DNA of 33,251 nucleotides from Alphaproteobacteria bacterium UBA5343 (GCA_002410125.1 DHQH01000064.1:1-33251); one strand, 5' to 3'; numbered from the stretch's first letter, positions 1-8,909 are shown. Numbers and translations are program-made. The notes: generated by a model not told the origin, from the letters alone.

Positions 1-42
1 TTGTTTAAATGCATTTAAACAAAAAAAAGGAATACATATATA

Positions 43-1413
43 ATGACAACCGAACATATAAAAATCGGCGATATTACTCCCAGAGTAAGATACACCGCCA
101 ATGGAGTGTTAAGTGAATATAGCTTCTCATTCCCAATATTTAATGAAACAGATATTAAAGTTTATTTCAACGATAACCTACAAGAAACAAATTATAGCAT
201 TTCTGGAGTTGGTAATTCTAATGGAGGCTCTGTGATATTTAATACTCCTCCTACCAATGAAACTATCATCACCATTCTTCGAGATTTAAGCATTAAAAGA
301 ACTACTGATTTTCAAGAAGGTGGAGCTTTTAGAGCAAATGTAATTAATGATGAATTAGATTATCAAACAGCCTGCATTCAACAAATTTCAGATAATATCT
401 CAAGGACAGTAACCATTCCACCCTATGCTGCAGATAATATTGATATGACCCTACCTACAGCAACAGCAGGGAAAGCACTAATCTGGAATTCTAATGCAAC
501 AGGTTTAGAAAATTCCATTGAAAATTTCAATGAGATTACACAAACCATCTCAAACTCTGTAGATGAAACTATAAATGCTAAAGATATTACTCTAGCAGCA
601 AAAAATGAAGCAATAACAGCCAAAGATACAGCTGTAAGTATTGCTAATAATATCAATTTACCAAATATTACTGCCAATACTTACCTAAAAGCAAAATCAG
701 ATGCTTCTGGTTATGAAGCAAAATCTATTGGTGAACTAGCAGCAGATATCAACAAAGGTTATATCAACGGTTTAGATATATCATATTTAAATTCAACCTC
801 TATGCAAATCTCAACAGGTGTTTGCTTATCAGATGATAACTCAACAATGCTATCACTAACATCTAACACTAATGCAGTTTTATCTTCTGCTACTGCCAAC
901 ACAACCTATCACCTATTCTTAGGAGAAAATAATATTTTAGAGTTCGCTCAAAATATCAATGGTAGTGATTTGGTAAACATAACAGGAGCTAAAAGAAGAA
1001 TTGCATCATTTATAACCGATGGTAGTGCTAATTTAAGAGCTTTTAATAGCCAAAGAACAGGCAATAAAGTAAGAGTTGATTTGGGTAGTAGTGGATTAAT
1101 ACTTTTTAATGCAACATCTTCTCTTCCAACATCTTTTGCTGATTTATTTTGTGCTGTACCAACAGGGCTAAACTGCAATCTAACCTTAGCTACAGATTTA
1201 GTATCTTCAACAGATTCTATAATGTTATTAAAGGATAAAACTAACAACTTAAGTCCATCGGTCAATAGAACTAACTCATCAGTGCTTATATCCAAACAAT
1301 TCATCACCTTCTTAAAAAGTGATAATTTAGGAACCATTCAACACAAATGCACAACCACATCTGTTGATTATAACTATACAATAACCCTACTTGGTTTTGA
1401 ATATGAGGTATAA
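43..1413 (+). CDS. phage tail-fibre / receptor-binding-like structural protein
   Basis: 456-aa ORF. The N-terminal ~130 aa resemble conserved phage fibre N-terminal adaptor regions, and the C-terminal half is Asn/Ser/Thr-rich. It is followed 1 nt later by a small ORF, as in fibre plus chaperone pairs. Recognition by eye only. Confidence 0.45.
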   Translation: MTTEHIKIGDITPRVRYTANGVLSEYSFSFPIFNETDIKVYFNDNLQETNYSISGVGNSNGGSVIFNTPPTNETIITILRDLSIKRTTDFQEGGAFRANVINDELDYQTACIQQISDNISRTVTIPPYAADNIDMTLPTATAGKALIWNSNATGLENSIENFNEITQTISNSVDETINAKDITLAAKNEAITAKDTAVSIANNINLPNITANTYLKAKSDASGYEAKSIGELAADINKGYINGLDISYLNSTSMQISTGVCLSDDNSTMLSLTSNTNAVLSSATANTTYHLFLGENNILEFAQNINGSDLVNITGAKRRIASFITDGSANLRAFNSQRTGNKVRVDLGSSGLILFNATSSLPTSFADLFCAVPTGLNCNLTLATDLVSSTDSIMLLKDKTNNLSPSVNRTNSSVLISKQFITFLKSDNLGTIQHKCTTTSVDYNYTITLLGFEYEV

Positions 1414-1414
1414 T

Positions 1415-1675
1415 ATGAAAATATATGTAAAAAAAGAAAATGATAAAATAATCGCCTATAGTGAAACCCCACAAATAGGATGGCAGGAACTCGAAAAAGA
1501 TTGTAGTGAAATACAAGAATTTCTAAACCCACCCCCAACTTATAAAGATTTAAGAAAACAAGCCTATCCAAATATAGCAGATCAATTAGATATGTTATAT
1601 TGGGATAAAATCAATGGAACTAACAATTGGCAAGATTTAATATCTAGTATAAAAATCCTCTATCCCAAGCCTTAA
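1415..1675 (+). CDS. small phage-associated protein (possible tail-fibre assembly/chaperone-like)
   Basis: ATG at 1415 is preceded by GAGG (1405-1408) and lies 1 nt after the fibre gene's stop. The track ORF starts at TTG 1391, inside the upstream gene. Function is inferred from position only. Confidence 0.35.
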   Translation: MKIYVKKENDKIIAYSETPQIGWQELEKDCSEIQEFLNPPPTYKDLRKQAYPNIADQLDMLYWDKINGTNNWQDLISSIKILYPKP

Positions 1676-1687
1676 ATCATAAAACAA

Positions 1688-1710
1688 AGGGAGATGTTTT
1701 ACATCTCCCT
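1688..1710. terminator. bidirectional hairpin between convergent genes
   Basis: agggagatgt (1688-1697) / ttt / acatctccct (1701-1710) forms a perfect 10-bp stem. It overlaps the stop codon of the minus-strand Nudix gene. Confidence 0.5.
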
Positions 1711-2265
1711 ACTTGCTCTACAAGCCATAACAATTGATGCAGAATGAGGATTTTTTTTCATATCATTTGTTACCTGCTTATTATTTTCATATATATCAAC
1801 ATCAGCAAGATTTGTTACCTTTCCATGTTTAGAATAAACATTAAAAATCTGCCCTTTTAATATCATATCAAAAATTGGTGTATCAGGATTATGCATTTCA
1901 TGTTTTGGTAAATTTTTCTTATCCTGCCAAAAAGAAAAACATTCGTCATTCTCTCCAACAACTTCCCCCTCATATTCTTCTGTCTTATGAAATTCCACCC
2001 AAAAGTTAGGAGCATCTTTATTCTCAAAATATGCACTACCAACTACTCTTGGATTAATTGGAGTAATACCAGTTTCACTCTCAGTCTCTCTAATACTAGC
2101 CTCTATTAGGCTCTCATTTTTATCCTTCTTTCCTCCAGGACAATTCTTCAAACCTAAAAAAGGACCCCTCTTATGCTTAATCATTAGAAATTCTTGATTA
2201 TTATTTTCAACCACACAAACAGTAGCCTCAATAAACTCTTTACCATTAAATCTTCTTATTCCCAT
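1699..2265 (-). CDS. NUDIX hydrolase
   Basis: Nudix box GKKDKNESLIEASIRETESETGI (Gx5Ex7REUxExxGU-like). ATG at 2265 is preferred because GAGGG lies 5 nt upstream. The track ORF extends to 2292 with no RBS. Confidence 0.8.
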   Translation of the reverse strand: MGIRRFNGKEFIEATVCVVENNNQEFLMIKHKRGPFLGLKNCPGGKKDKNESLIEASIRETESETGITPINPRVVGSAYFENKDAPNFWVEFHKTEEYEGEVVGENDECFSFWQDKKNLPKHEMHNPDTPIFDMILKGQIFNVYSKHGKVTNLADVDIYENNKQVTNDMKKNPHSASIVMACRASREM

Positions 2266-2384
2266 AACACCCTCAAAAACACAACTATCCATAAGTTACA
2301 AACAGTTACAAAACAAAGTTAACCTATTATTAAAACTTATACAATTAACATATTATTATCAAGAAAATTATTTTGGAGGCTGAA

Positions 2385-2582
2385 ATGACTATTTACTATG
2401 TTAATAAAAAGCCTGAAAAGACAGGCGAACATCTAGTACATAAAAAAGAATGTGAACACAGACCAGCATATGAAAATTGTGATTATTTGGGTTATTTTGC
2501 AAAACCAGATGAAGCAGTAAGACAAGCAGAAATATTCTTAGAAAATATTAGCTCTTGTGAATTCTGTTGCAAAGAAGAATAA
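2385..2582 (+). CDS. small Cys-rich hypothetical protein
   Basis: ATG at 2385 is preceded by GGAGG (2375-2379). The 65-aa product has C..H and CxxCC motifs. Family not recognised. Confidence 0.45.
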   Translation: MTIYYVNKKPEKTGEHLVHKKECEHRPAYENCDYLGYFAKPDEAVRQAEIFLENISSCEFCCKEE

Positions 2583-2601
2583 CCCCTATTACAACTACAT
2601 A

Positions 2602-2640
2602 GTATTTACAATGTAAACAGATAACAAAAAATGAATTATA
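2602..2640. repeat. 39-bp direct repeat, copy 1 (contains palindrome TTTACAATGTAAA)
   Basis: gtatttacaatgtaaacagataacaaaaaatgaattata recurs at 2683-2721 with 2 mismatches. Confidence 0.8.
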
Positions 2641-2682
2641 CGAGTTACAACTAAAGCAATACATTCTATTATACGAGTTTAT

Positions 2683-2721
2683 GTATTTACAATGTAAACA
2701 GATAATAAAAAGTGAATTATA
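2683..2721. repeat. 39-bp direct repeat, copy 2
   Basis: gtatttacaatgtaaacagataataaaaagtgaattata. The spacer between copies is 42 bp. The spacer also repeats ttatacgagtt, seen at the 3-prime end of copy 1. Confidence 0.8.
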
Positions 2722-2738
2722 GCTAGTTAGTTTTAGGC

Positions 2739-2782
2739 ATTTAAGTTCGAACGTTTACAGGTTAGTAAATGAGAACTTAAAT
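2739..2782. other. 10-bp-stem hairpin in convergent intergenic region
   Basis: atttaagttc (2739-2748) and gaacttaaat (2773-2782) are exact reverse complements. The loop is 24 nt. Confidence 0.5.
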
Positions 2783-2836
2783 AACAACAAAATAACAGCT
2801 AGAATTCATTTTTCTTAATTATTTGAGAATTACGTA

Positions 2837-3229
2837 TTAGTTGACCGTAGAATCAAATGTTTCTTTGATGTGTTCTAACTCAGATATTATATTTTTGATT
2901 AATTCTTTGTTTACACAAACATCGGCAAATTCTTCACTTGAGAAAAAGTCTTTTTGAATTTTTTCACCTAAAAACTTCTTCACACCTTGTTCTTCAAATA
3001 CTTTTTGAAGTCCTTCGATTGTGTATCTTTTATTGTATAGGAAATCTTTGATTACATGGAGCAGTTTTACATCATCAGGACGATAATATCTTCTACTTCC
3101 GGCTCTTTTCATAGGTTGAAGTTGAGGGAACTTGGTTTCCCAGAATCTCAATACATGAGGGGCTAACTCAAGTTCACCTGAAACTTCAGCAATTGTTCTA
3201 AATGCAGCTTTTGATTTTTTGACTGGCAT
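2837..3229 (-). CDS. MerR-family transcriptional regulator
   Basis: N-terminal [28 protein letters not shown] and the RRYYRPDD motif. It lies downstream of ihfA, as is common in alphaproteobacteria. Confidence 0.85.
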   Translation of the reverse strand: MPVKKSKAAFRTIAEVSGELELAPHVLRFWETKFPQLQPMKRAGSRRYYRPDDVKLLHVIKDFLYNKRYTIEGLQKVFEEQGVKKFLGEKIQKDFFSSEEFADVCVNKELIKNIISELEHIKETFDSTVN

Positions 3230-3255
3230 ACTAGATTACAACCTTCCATCAACTA

Positions 3256-3552
3256 CTAAGCAGCAGAGTTGATTTCGTCTTTCATAAGTTGAGAAGGTTT
3301 GAAAGAAATAACTTTTCTTGGAGAAATAGTTGCTTCAACACCTGTTTTAGGGTTTCTACCAATTCTTTCATTTTTACTTCTAACTGTGAATGTTCCAAAA
3401 GAAGAAAGTTTTACACTATCACCTTTTACTAATTGGTTAGAAACTTCATCTAATACCATTTCTAAGATGTCTGCTGAATCTTTACGAGACAATCCAACTT
3501 CTTCATAAATAGCTTCAGCTAAGTCTACTCTTGTTATTGTTTTTTCTGACAT
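3256..3552 (-). CDS. ihfA: integration host factor subunit alpha
   Basis: 98 aa. The [14 protein letters not shown]...[23 protein letters not shown] signature of the IHF/HU fold is present. Confidence 0.9.
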   Translation of the reverse strand: MSEKTITRVDLAEAIYEEVGLSRKDSADILEMVLDEVSNQLVKGDSVKLSSFGTFTVRSKNERIGRNPKTGVEATISPRKVISFKPSQLMKDEINSAA

Positions 3553-3661
3553 TTTTAATTTTTCCTTTGTTTTGTATTCATCTCAATTTAAAGAAATAGA
3601 AAATTAATTCAAGTAAAATTTAATTAATTAACAAGTATCTAGTTTCTTTAAAGATAATAGA

Positions 3662-4633
3662 TTAAATTTTGATTAATCCAGCACCCCAAGTAAAACCACC
3701 ACCCATGGCATTAATCACTACTACATCACCTTTTTTGATCTTACCAGAATTAACATTTTCTGATAGAGCCAAAGGAATAGATGCAGCAGAAGTATTTGCA
3801 TGATTTTGTACGGTAATTACCACTTTTTCGTGAGCAATACCTAGCTTTTTACCTGTGCCTTCAATAATTCTAATATTTGCTTGATGAGGAACTAACCAGT
3901 CCACATCTTCTACAGATAAACCTGCATCACTAATAACTTCGTTTGCAACGGAAGTAAGATTAGTAATTGCATGTTTGAAAACTTCTTTACCATTCATATG
4001 GATAAAACCAGCTGTTTTTGTTATAGATGGACCACCATCTGTTGCTAAACTATCATAAAGTCTACCATCAGAATAAATTTTAGTACTAAGAACACCTTCT
4101 TTTTCATTTTCTTCTGTTTCTACAGCTTCTAAAACAACAGCCCCAGCTCCATCACCAAATAATACACATGTATTTCTATCTGTCCAATCAACAATCTTTG
4201 ATAATGTATCTGCACCAACTACAAGAGCTTTTTTAGCTTGCCCCATTTTCATCATATTATCAGCCATAGTCATAGCATACATAAAACCGGAACAAACAGC
4301 CTGCACATCAAATGCACATCCCTTTGCTCCAAGCATGCCTTGTAATTTTGTGGCTGTTGATGGGAAAGTATTATCAGGTGTAGTCGTACCCATAACAATT
4401 AAATCAATATCAGCAGCATCAATTTTTGCATATTCTAATGCTTTTGTAGCCGCCTTAAATGCTAGCTCAGATGTATATTCATCATCTTTTGCAATATGTC
4501 TTTTCTTAATGCCAGTTCTCTCAGTAATCCACTGATCATTAGTTTCAACCATTTTTTCCAAATCATGGTTAGTTAACACTTTTTCCGGCAAATAATGCCC
4601 AAACCCCGTAAGTTTAGAACAAATAACTGTCAT
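3662..4633 (-). CDS. fabH: beta-ketoacyl-ACP synthase III
   Basis: 323 aa. Active-site Cys context AVCSGF, plus HQANIRI and GGGFTWG motifs. Confidence 0.95.
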   Translation of the reverse strand: MTVICSKLTGFGHYLPEKVLTNHDLEKMVETNDQWITERTGIKKRHIAKDDEYTSELAFKAATKALEYAKIDAADIDLIVMGTTTPDNTFPSTATKLQGMLGAKGCAFDVQAVCSGFMYAMTMADNMMKMGQAKKALVVGADTLSKIVDWTDRNTCVLFGDGAGAVVLEAVETEENEKEGVLSTKIYSDGRLYDSLATDGGPSITKTAGFIHMNGKEVFKHAITNLTSVANEVISDAGLSVEDVDWLVPHQANIRIIEGTGKKLGIAHEKVVITVQNHANTSAASIPLALSENVNSGKIKKGDVVVINAMGGGFTWGAGLIKI

Positions 4634-4635
4634 AT

Positions 4636-5673
4636 CTATTTATCACCCTGAACTAGTTCATCCAAATTAAATCCATTGATTTCTTCTTTAATCTTTTCAT
4701 TAAGGTCACCCTTAACTGACTTAATAGCATTGTTAACTGCAATTGAAAAAGCAAATCCATCAGCCCCGCCATGACTTTTCACAGACAAGCCATTTAGACC
4801 TAAAAACATTGCACCATTATAAAGTCTTGGGTCCATAGTTTTCTTAACTTTCCTAAATATAGGTTTAGATAAGAGCCCCATTATAATACCCCAAATAGAT
4901 CCTAGGAAAGCTTTTTTAGTAAGTTTTAATACTAATTTCGCAGTACCTTCAATAGATTTTAAGGCTACATTACCTGTAAACCCATCAGTAACTACAACAT
5001 CAGTCAAACCTTCTGCAATATTATCAGCTTCAACAAAACCATAAAAATTAACATCAGGAAATGAAGTTTTTAAGATATCAGATGCTTTATGCAACTCTTC
5101 TTTACCTTTCATATCCTCAGAACCAATATTTAGTAATCCTACACTAGGTTTGTCAATACCAAGACAAACTCTTGCAAAATTCTCACCCATAATTGCAAAT
5201 TCAACTAGATTCTCAGGACCACATTCAACATTAGCCCCAAGATCAAGCGCAACCACTCTACCTTTAATAGTTGGCATTATAGTACAAATTGCTGGTCTAT
5301 GGATTTTTTGTAAGGTTCTAAGAGCAAGTTTTGATATTGCCATTAAAGCACCAGTATTACCAGCAGACACTACAGCATCAGCCTTACCAGTTTTAACAGC
5401 ATTTACAGCTTGCCACATACTTGTTTTTTTATTTCGAATAACCTGAGACGGTTTATCATCACTAGAAACTATATCCTCGGCATGAATAAACTCACATTTC
5501 TTTAGATTTTTTGCATATTTATCTAAAGAATTGCGACATTTTTCTTCATTACCATATATAATAAAACTTGCTTTAGGGAATTTTTTACTACTAAGCGCAA
5601 CACCCTCAATAATAGCATCGGGGGCATTATCACCCCCCATTGCATCAATAGATATAACTATTTTTTCGGACAA
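4636..5673 (-). CDS. plsX: phosphate acyltransferase PlsX
   Basis: IDAMGGDNAP motif near the N-terminus. TTG at 5673 is preceded by AAAGGAG. The track ORF also starts with TTG, at 5700, but has no RBS. Confidence 0.93.
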   Translation of the reverse strand: MSEKIVISIDAMGGDNAPDAIIEGVALSSKKFPKASFIIYGNEEKCRNSLDKYAKNLKKCEFIHAEDIVSSDDKPSQVIRNKKTSMWQAVNAVKTGKADAVVSAGNTGALMAISKLALRTLQKIHRPAICTIMPTIKGRVVALDLGANVECGPENLVEFAIMGENFARVCLGIDKPSVGLLNIGSEDMKGKEELHKASDILKTSFPDVNFYGFVEADNIAEGLTDVVVTDGFTGNVALKSIEGTAKLVLKLTKKAFLGSIWGIIMGLLSKPIFRKVKKTMDPRLYNGAMFLGLNGLSVKSHGGADGFAFSIAVNNAIKSVKGDLNEKIKEEINGFNLDELVQGDK

Positions 5674-5711
5674 AATATTCTCCTTTGACCGTCGTAACAA
5701 AAACTTAAATC

Positions 5712-5906
5712 TTATTCTTCTTCAGTTTTATTACTTACGCTCACAACTTCTTTTTTATCATAATATCCACACTCTGAACACACATTATGAGGTAATTTTA
5801 ATTCACCACAATTTGGGCATTCCATATATGAGTTTTTACCTAATGCATCATGAGCTCTTCTCATGTTTCTTTTAGATTTGGATACTTTCTTTTTAGGTAC
5901 TGCCAT
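5712..5906 (-). CDS. rpmF: 50S ribosomal protein L32
   Basis: [20 protein letters not shown]-terminus and a CxxC...CxxC zinc ribbon. Confidence 0.95.
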   Translation of the reverse strand: MAVPKKKVSKSKRNMRRAHDALGKNSYMECPNCGELKLPHNVCSECGYYDKKEVVSVSNKTEEE

Positions 5907-6032
5907 TTCTCTTCTCTTTTATATTAAAAATTAAACACTTATAAAATTCATATATTATCAATTCAACATAAATATATATATGAATCCAATATCAACAAGT
6001 GTTCTATATTAAAAAAACTCCCAAATCAAGCA

Positions 6033-6542
6033 TTATTTTAATTTTTTTAGGACCATAAAAGGATTATTTTTAGATTCTTCGGGCTTTGCTTCGATTCTTT
6101 CATCAAATTTCGCCCCATTCTTTTTCGGATTATCATCCAAACTAAGTGAAAAATACTCTAAAATAATCTCACCAATATCAAGCTTACCATCTACAATATA
6201 CTCAATATCATCACTATCAGCATCAAAAACATCCTCTAATTCAGGTTTTGTATGCTCTTCTTCAAATATAACACTAAATTTATCACTATATTTCTTATCA
6301 AAATTCTCTAAACTCACAACACAGTTTTGCACAACTAAAGAATTAAAAACCCCATTGACCTTAAATTTATTCTGTTTACCAATTCTTTTAACTTTAACAT
6401 CCACATCAAAAGATTTAATATCAACAAGTCCCATCCGCTCTGAAATATCTTTTCTACCCTTCTCATCTGCAGATATACTAATCTCACGAACCCTAGAACC
6501 AATCTCATCAACTTTAATAATTAAATTAAATCCACTCATCAA
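6033..6542 (-). CDS. yceD: YceD/DUF177-family protein
   Basis: Acidic 169-aa protein in the conserved position upstream of rpmF-plsX-fabH. Confidence 0.8.
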   Translation of the reverse strand: MMSGFNLIIKVDEIGSRVREISISADEKGRKDISERMGLVDIKSFDVDVKVKRIGKQNKFKVNGVFNSLVVQNCVVSLENFDKKYSDKFSVIFEEEHTKPELEDVFDADSDDIEYIVDGKLDIGEIILEYFSLSLDDNPKKNGAKFDERIEAKPEESKNNPFMVLKKLK

Positions 6543-6624
6543 AAATTTTTCCCTTACAGTTTTTATAAAAATAGATTATAACTATTACTAATTCAACAAT
6601 GTTATGATTATATAAGAGGCAAAA

Positions 6625-7086
6625 ATGTCAATAAATAAGTTTATTATATTAGCAGCTATTTTAACTATCACAGCTTGTAGCACAACCCCTATGGTACAAA
6701 ATAATGGCCATATAATAAGACAAAGTAAAATTGATAAAATAATCCCTCAAAACACCACCAAAAGAGAGGTTACAAAACTACTAGGATCACCCACCACTAA
6801 AACCCTATTTAATGAAGAAAGATGGCTATATATCAGCAGCAACATCGAAGAACTAGCCTTTTATAAACCAGAAGAAACTAAAAGAGAAATATTACAAATT
6901 TCATTTAACGATGATGAAACCGTAAAAGAAGTTAAAATCTTAGATAAACAAGATGGTAAAAATATTATAATATCAGAAGATAAAACTCCAACTCACGGAC
7001 ATAAACTAAAAGCCATAGAGCAAATCCTTGATAATTTCGGTCGTTTTGCAGGAACTAATAGCAATAACAACAAACACCACCCATAA
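6625..7086 (+). CDS. bamE: outer-membrane assembly lipoprotein BamE (SmpA/OmlA)
   Basis: Signal peptide with lipobox LTITAC. Motif TKREVTKLLGSPTTKTLFNEERWLYIS is typical of SmpA_OmlA. Confidence 0.75.
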   Translation: MSINKFIILAAILTITACSTTPMVQNNGHIIRQSKIDKIIPQNTTKREVTKLLGSPTTKTLFNEERWLYISSNIEELAFYKPEETKREILQISFNDDETVKEVKILDKQDGKNIIISEDKTPTHGHKLKAIEQILDNFGRFAGTNSNNNKHHP

Positions 7087-7089
7087 AAA

Positions 7090-7123
7090 AGTTGCAAACC
7101 ACCCATTCTAGTAGCTTGCAACT
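7090..7123. terminator. hairpin between convergent bamE and the EF-hand gene
   Basis: agttgcaa (7090-7097) and ttgcaact (7116-7123) form an 8-bp perfect stem with an 18-nt loop. There is no strong T-run. Confidence 0.35.
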
Positions 7124-7140
7124 CCTTTGCCAATAATAAT

Positions 7141-7848
7141 CTATGCAGCAAATAAAGAATAGGCTTGTGTAGCATTAGCATATAAAGCAGATTCGTCTTC
7201 AATAACTCCTCCTGCTAATTTCTCGCTATAACTAACTACACCATCTTCATTGGTGTCAAGCTCATCATATTCTTCCGAAGATGATTCACCTCCACCACCA
7301 GTAGGTCCAACCCCTCCACCCTTTCCGCCAGGAGGAGGTCCAGCCTGAGCCATTTGCTCTTCTGATACCAAACCTGTACCATCTTCATCTAAAGATGCAA
7401 AAAGTTGAGCAGCTTCTTCCTTACTAACACCTTCTGGTCTAGCAGCAATAAATTCTGCTTCACTTAAATAACCATCACCATCAGTATCAGCACTACTAAA
7501 CATATCACTTCCTTTAGTAGAAGTACTATTCTCTAATTCTTCTATCATTTCTATAATAGAAGCCAACATATCTTCAGCTATTGCTTCAACAGAGCTACCA
7601 ACTACAGCTGGTCGCCCATTAGGAGGAGGTGCACCTTTAGCCATCTGCTCTGCAGATAGACTACCTGTTCCCTCACTATCTAATTCTGCAAACTTTTCAC
7701 TAGCTTGTGATTCGCTTACACCATCAGGCCTATTTAAAACAAATTCTTCCTTTGATACACTACCGTTTCCATCAGTATCAATTCGGCTAAACATATCTTG
7801 TCGTGCATATTGCATTTGACCAGCTGATATTAAAGAAACACTATCCAT
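7141..7848 (-). CDS. EF-hand calcium-binding repeat protein
   Basis: Five DxDGxG-type loops (DTDGNGSVSKEE, DSEGTGSLSAEQ, DTDGDGYLSEAE, DEDGTGLVSEEQ, DTNEDGVVSYSE). ATG at 7848 is preceded by AAGGAGAAG. The track start at 7920 is rejected. Confidence 0.8.
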   Translation of the reverse strand: MDSVSLISAGQMQYARQDMFSRIDTDGNGSVSKEEFVLNRPDGVSESQASEKFAELDSEGTGSLSAEQMAKGAPPPNGRPAVVGSSVEAIAEDMLASIIEMIEELENSTSTKGSDMFSSADTDGDGYLSEAEFIAARPEGVSKEEAAQLFASLDEDGTGLVSEEQMAQAGPPPGGKGGGVGPTGGGGESSSEEYDELDTNEDGVVSYSEKLAGGVIEDESALYANATQAYSLFAA

Positions 7849-8024
7849 GTTCTTCTCCTTCAAAATATTTTGGTTAAACACAAAATTTAAGTGATAATAA
7901 TCACAAACCATTACTATCACCCTAAAACTTATGCAATTTTTATACCTAAACCAAACAAGTCATTTTCTTTATATAGGTATATTTCTTGCATATACTCATA
8001 TAAGATCATCAAAGGAGATTAATT

Positions 8025-8705
8025 ATGGATATTTCAAGCACCCAAAACATAAGCAATAACATCATCACTAATTTAACATCTAAAACCCCACCTATCCCAA
8101 ACCAAGAAACAACCTCACAGGAAACATCAACTGAAATAAAAACATCAAAAACCGCTCAAATAATAGATAATTTACAAAATATAGATGGGGTAACAGTAAC
8201 CACTCAAAATGATACAGGATTACCATTAATTGACTTTGAACATATGCGAGAAGATTATATTCAAGGCACCAAAGATATTCAAAAACAGATAGGCACATTA
8301 TTCCGCCAATATGGAATATCTGACCACTCGGCAAAAATTACCATCAATAATCAAGGTGAAATAGAAGTCGAGGGTAACGATTTTGTAAAGCAAACTATAG
8401 AAAAAATCTTAAAGGCCAACCCTAATATTGAAAAAGATTTAAGAGAATTAAGAGCTCAAAACGAGTTTTTACAAATATTAGATACTATTTCAGAATATCT
8501 AAGTATGTTAGAACAACACCCAGATAAAGAAGCAATGCTATATGATCAATTACAAAACCTAATAGATGGCATTGCTAGTCTGGATTATAACATCGAATAT
8601 AACAAAGGAGATATTGATATTAACACAACCAATATCAATGGAATTAAAACTTCTGACTGGTCCGCAGAAACAGGCTATCTCGCCTCCCCATTCAAAGTAG
8701 AATGA
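8025..8705 (+). CDS. hypothetical protein
   Basis: 226-aa ORF with AAAGGAG 6 nt upstream of the ATG. Divergent from the EF-hand gene. No family recognised. Confidence 0.5.
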   Translation: MDISSTQNISNNIITNLTSKTPPIPNQETTSQETSTEIKTSKTAQIIDNLQNIDGVTVTTQNDTGLPLIDFEHMREDYIQGTKDIQKQIGTLFRQYGISDHSAKITINNQGEIEVEGNDFVKQTIEKILKANPNIEKDLRELRAQNEFLQILDTISEYLSMLEQHPDKEAMLYDQLQNLIDGIASLDYNIEYNKGDIDINTTNINGIKTSDWSAETGYLASPFKVE

Positions 8706-8784
8706 TTTGAAAAAATTCAACCTCTGCCTTTTTTTTAGGCTATTTATAAGATATTAATACTAGGCATCTATCTACTTTTCCTCC

Positions 8785-8909
8785 AATCTGAAGGATTTTG
8801 TGCCAGTAGAAGTAAACTTTATTTTTCAATGTGGTTTCGCGTATAAGTAATACGTGAACGCCTCATTTAAAAATCAATTTACGATTAATGGTGCAAAAGA
8901 CAAAGATTA
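8785..8909. repeat. MITE-like palindromic element, copy A (125 bp)
   Basis: Ends AATCTGAAGGATTTTGTGCCAGTAGAAG ... ACGATTAATGGTGCAAAAGACAAAGATTA form imperfect terminal inverted repeats. The nusB stop codon (8907-8909) lies inside the right arm. Confidence 0.8.

Noticed and set aside
3-20. 18-bp perfect palindrome GTTTAAATGCATTTAAAC as a terminator
   Set aside because: It is followed by an A-run rather than a T-run on the plus strand, and the T-run precedes it on the minus strand. The stem is almost all A/T. It is mentioned only as a possible operator at the window edge.
423-1571. Minus-strand ORFs 423-677, 948-1337, 1304-1516 and 1374-1571, overlapping the tail-fibre and small phage ORFs
   Set aside because: They are antisense shadows inside a longer, better-supported plus-strand ORF. 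Their composition is hydrophobic and low-complexity, and no RBS is present.
2602-2721. Possible CRISPR array, from a 39-bp repeat with a 42-bp spacer
   Set aside because: Only two copies are present and they are imperfect. No cas genes occur in the window, and part of the spacer is itself duplicated. It is treated as an unexplained direct repeat instead.
3299-6591. Plus-strand ORFs 3299-3508, 4335-4535, 5150-5446, 5531-5875 and 6355-6591
   Set aside because: Each lies antisense within ihfA, fabH, plsX, rpmF or yceD, which have unmistakable motifs.
6993-8334. ORFs 6993-7202 (-) and 8092-8334 (-), and the N-terminal extension of the EF-hand ORF to 7920
   Set aside because: The ORFs overlap bamE or the 226-aa ORF in antisense. 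The extension lacks an RBS, whereas the ATG at 7848 has AAGGAGAAG upstream.
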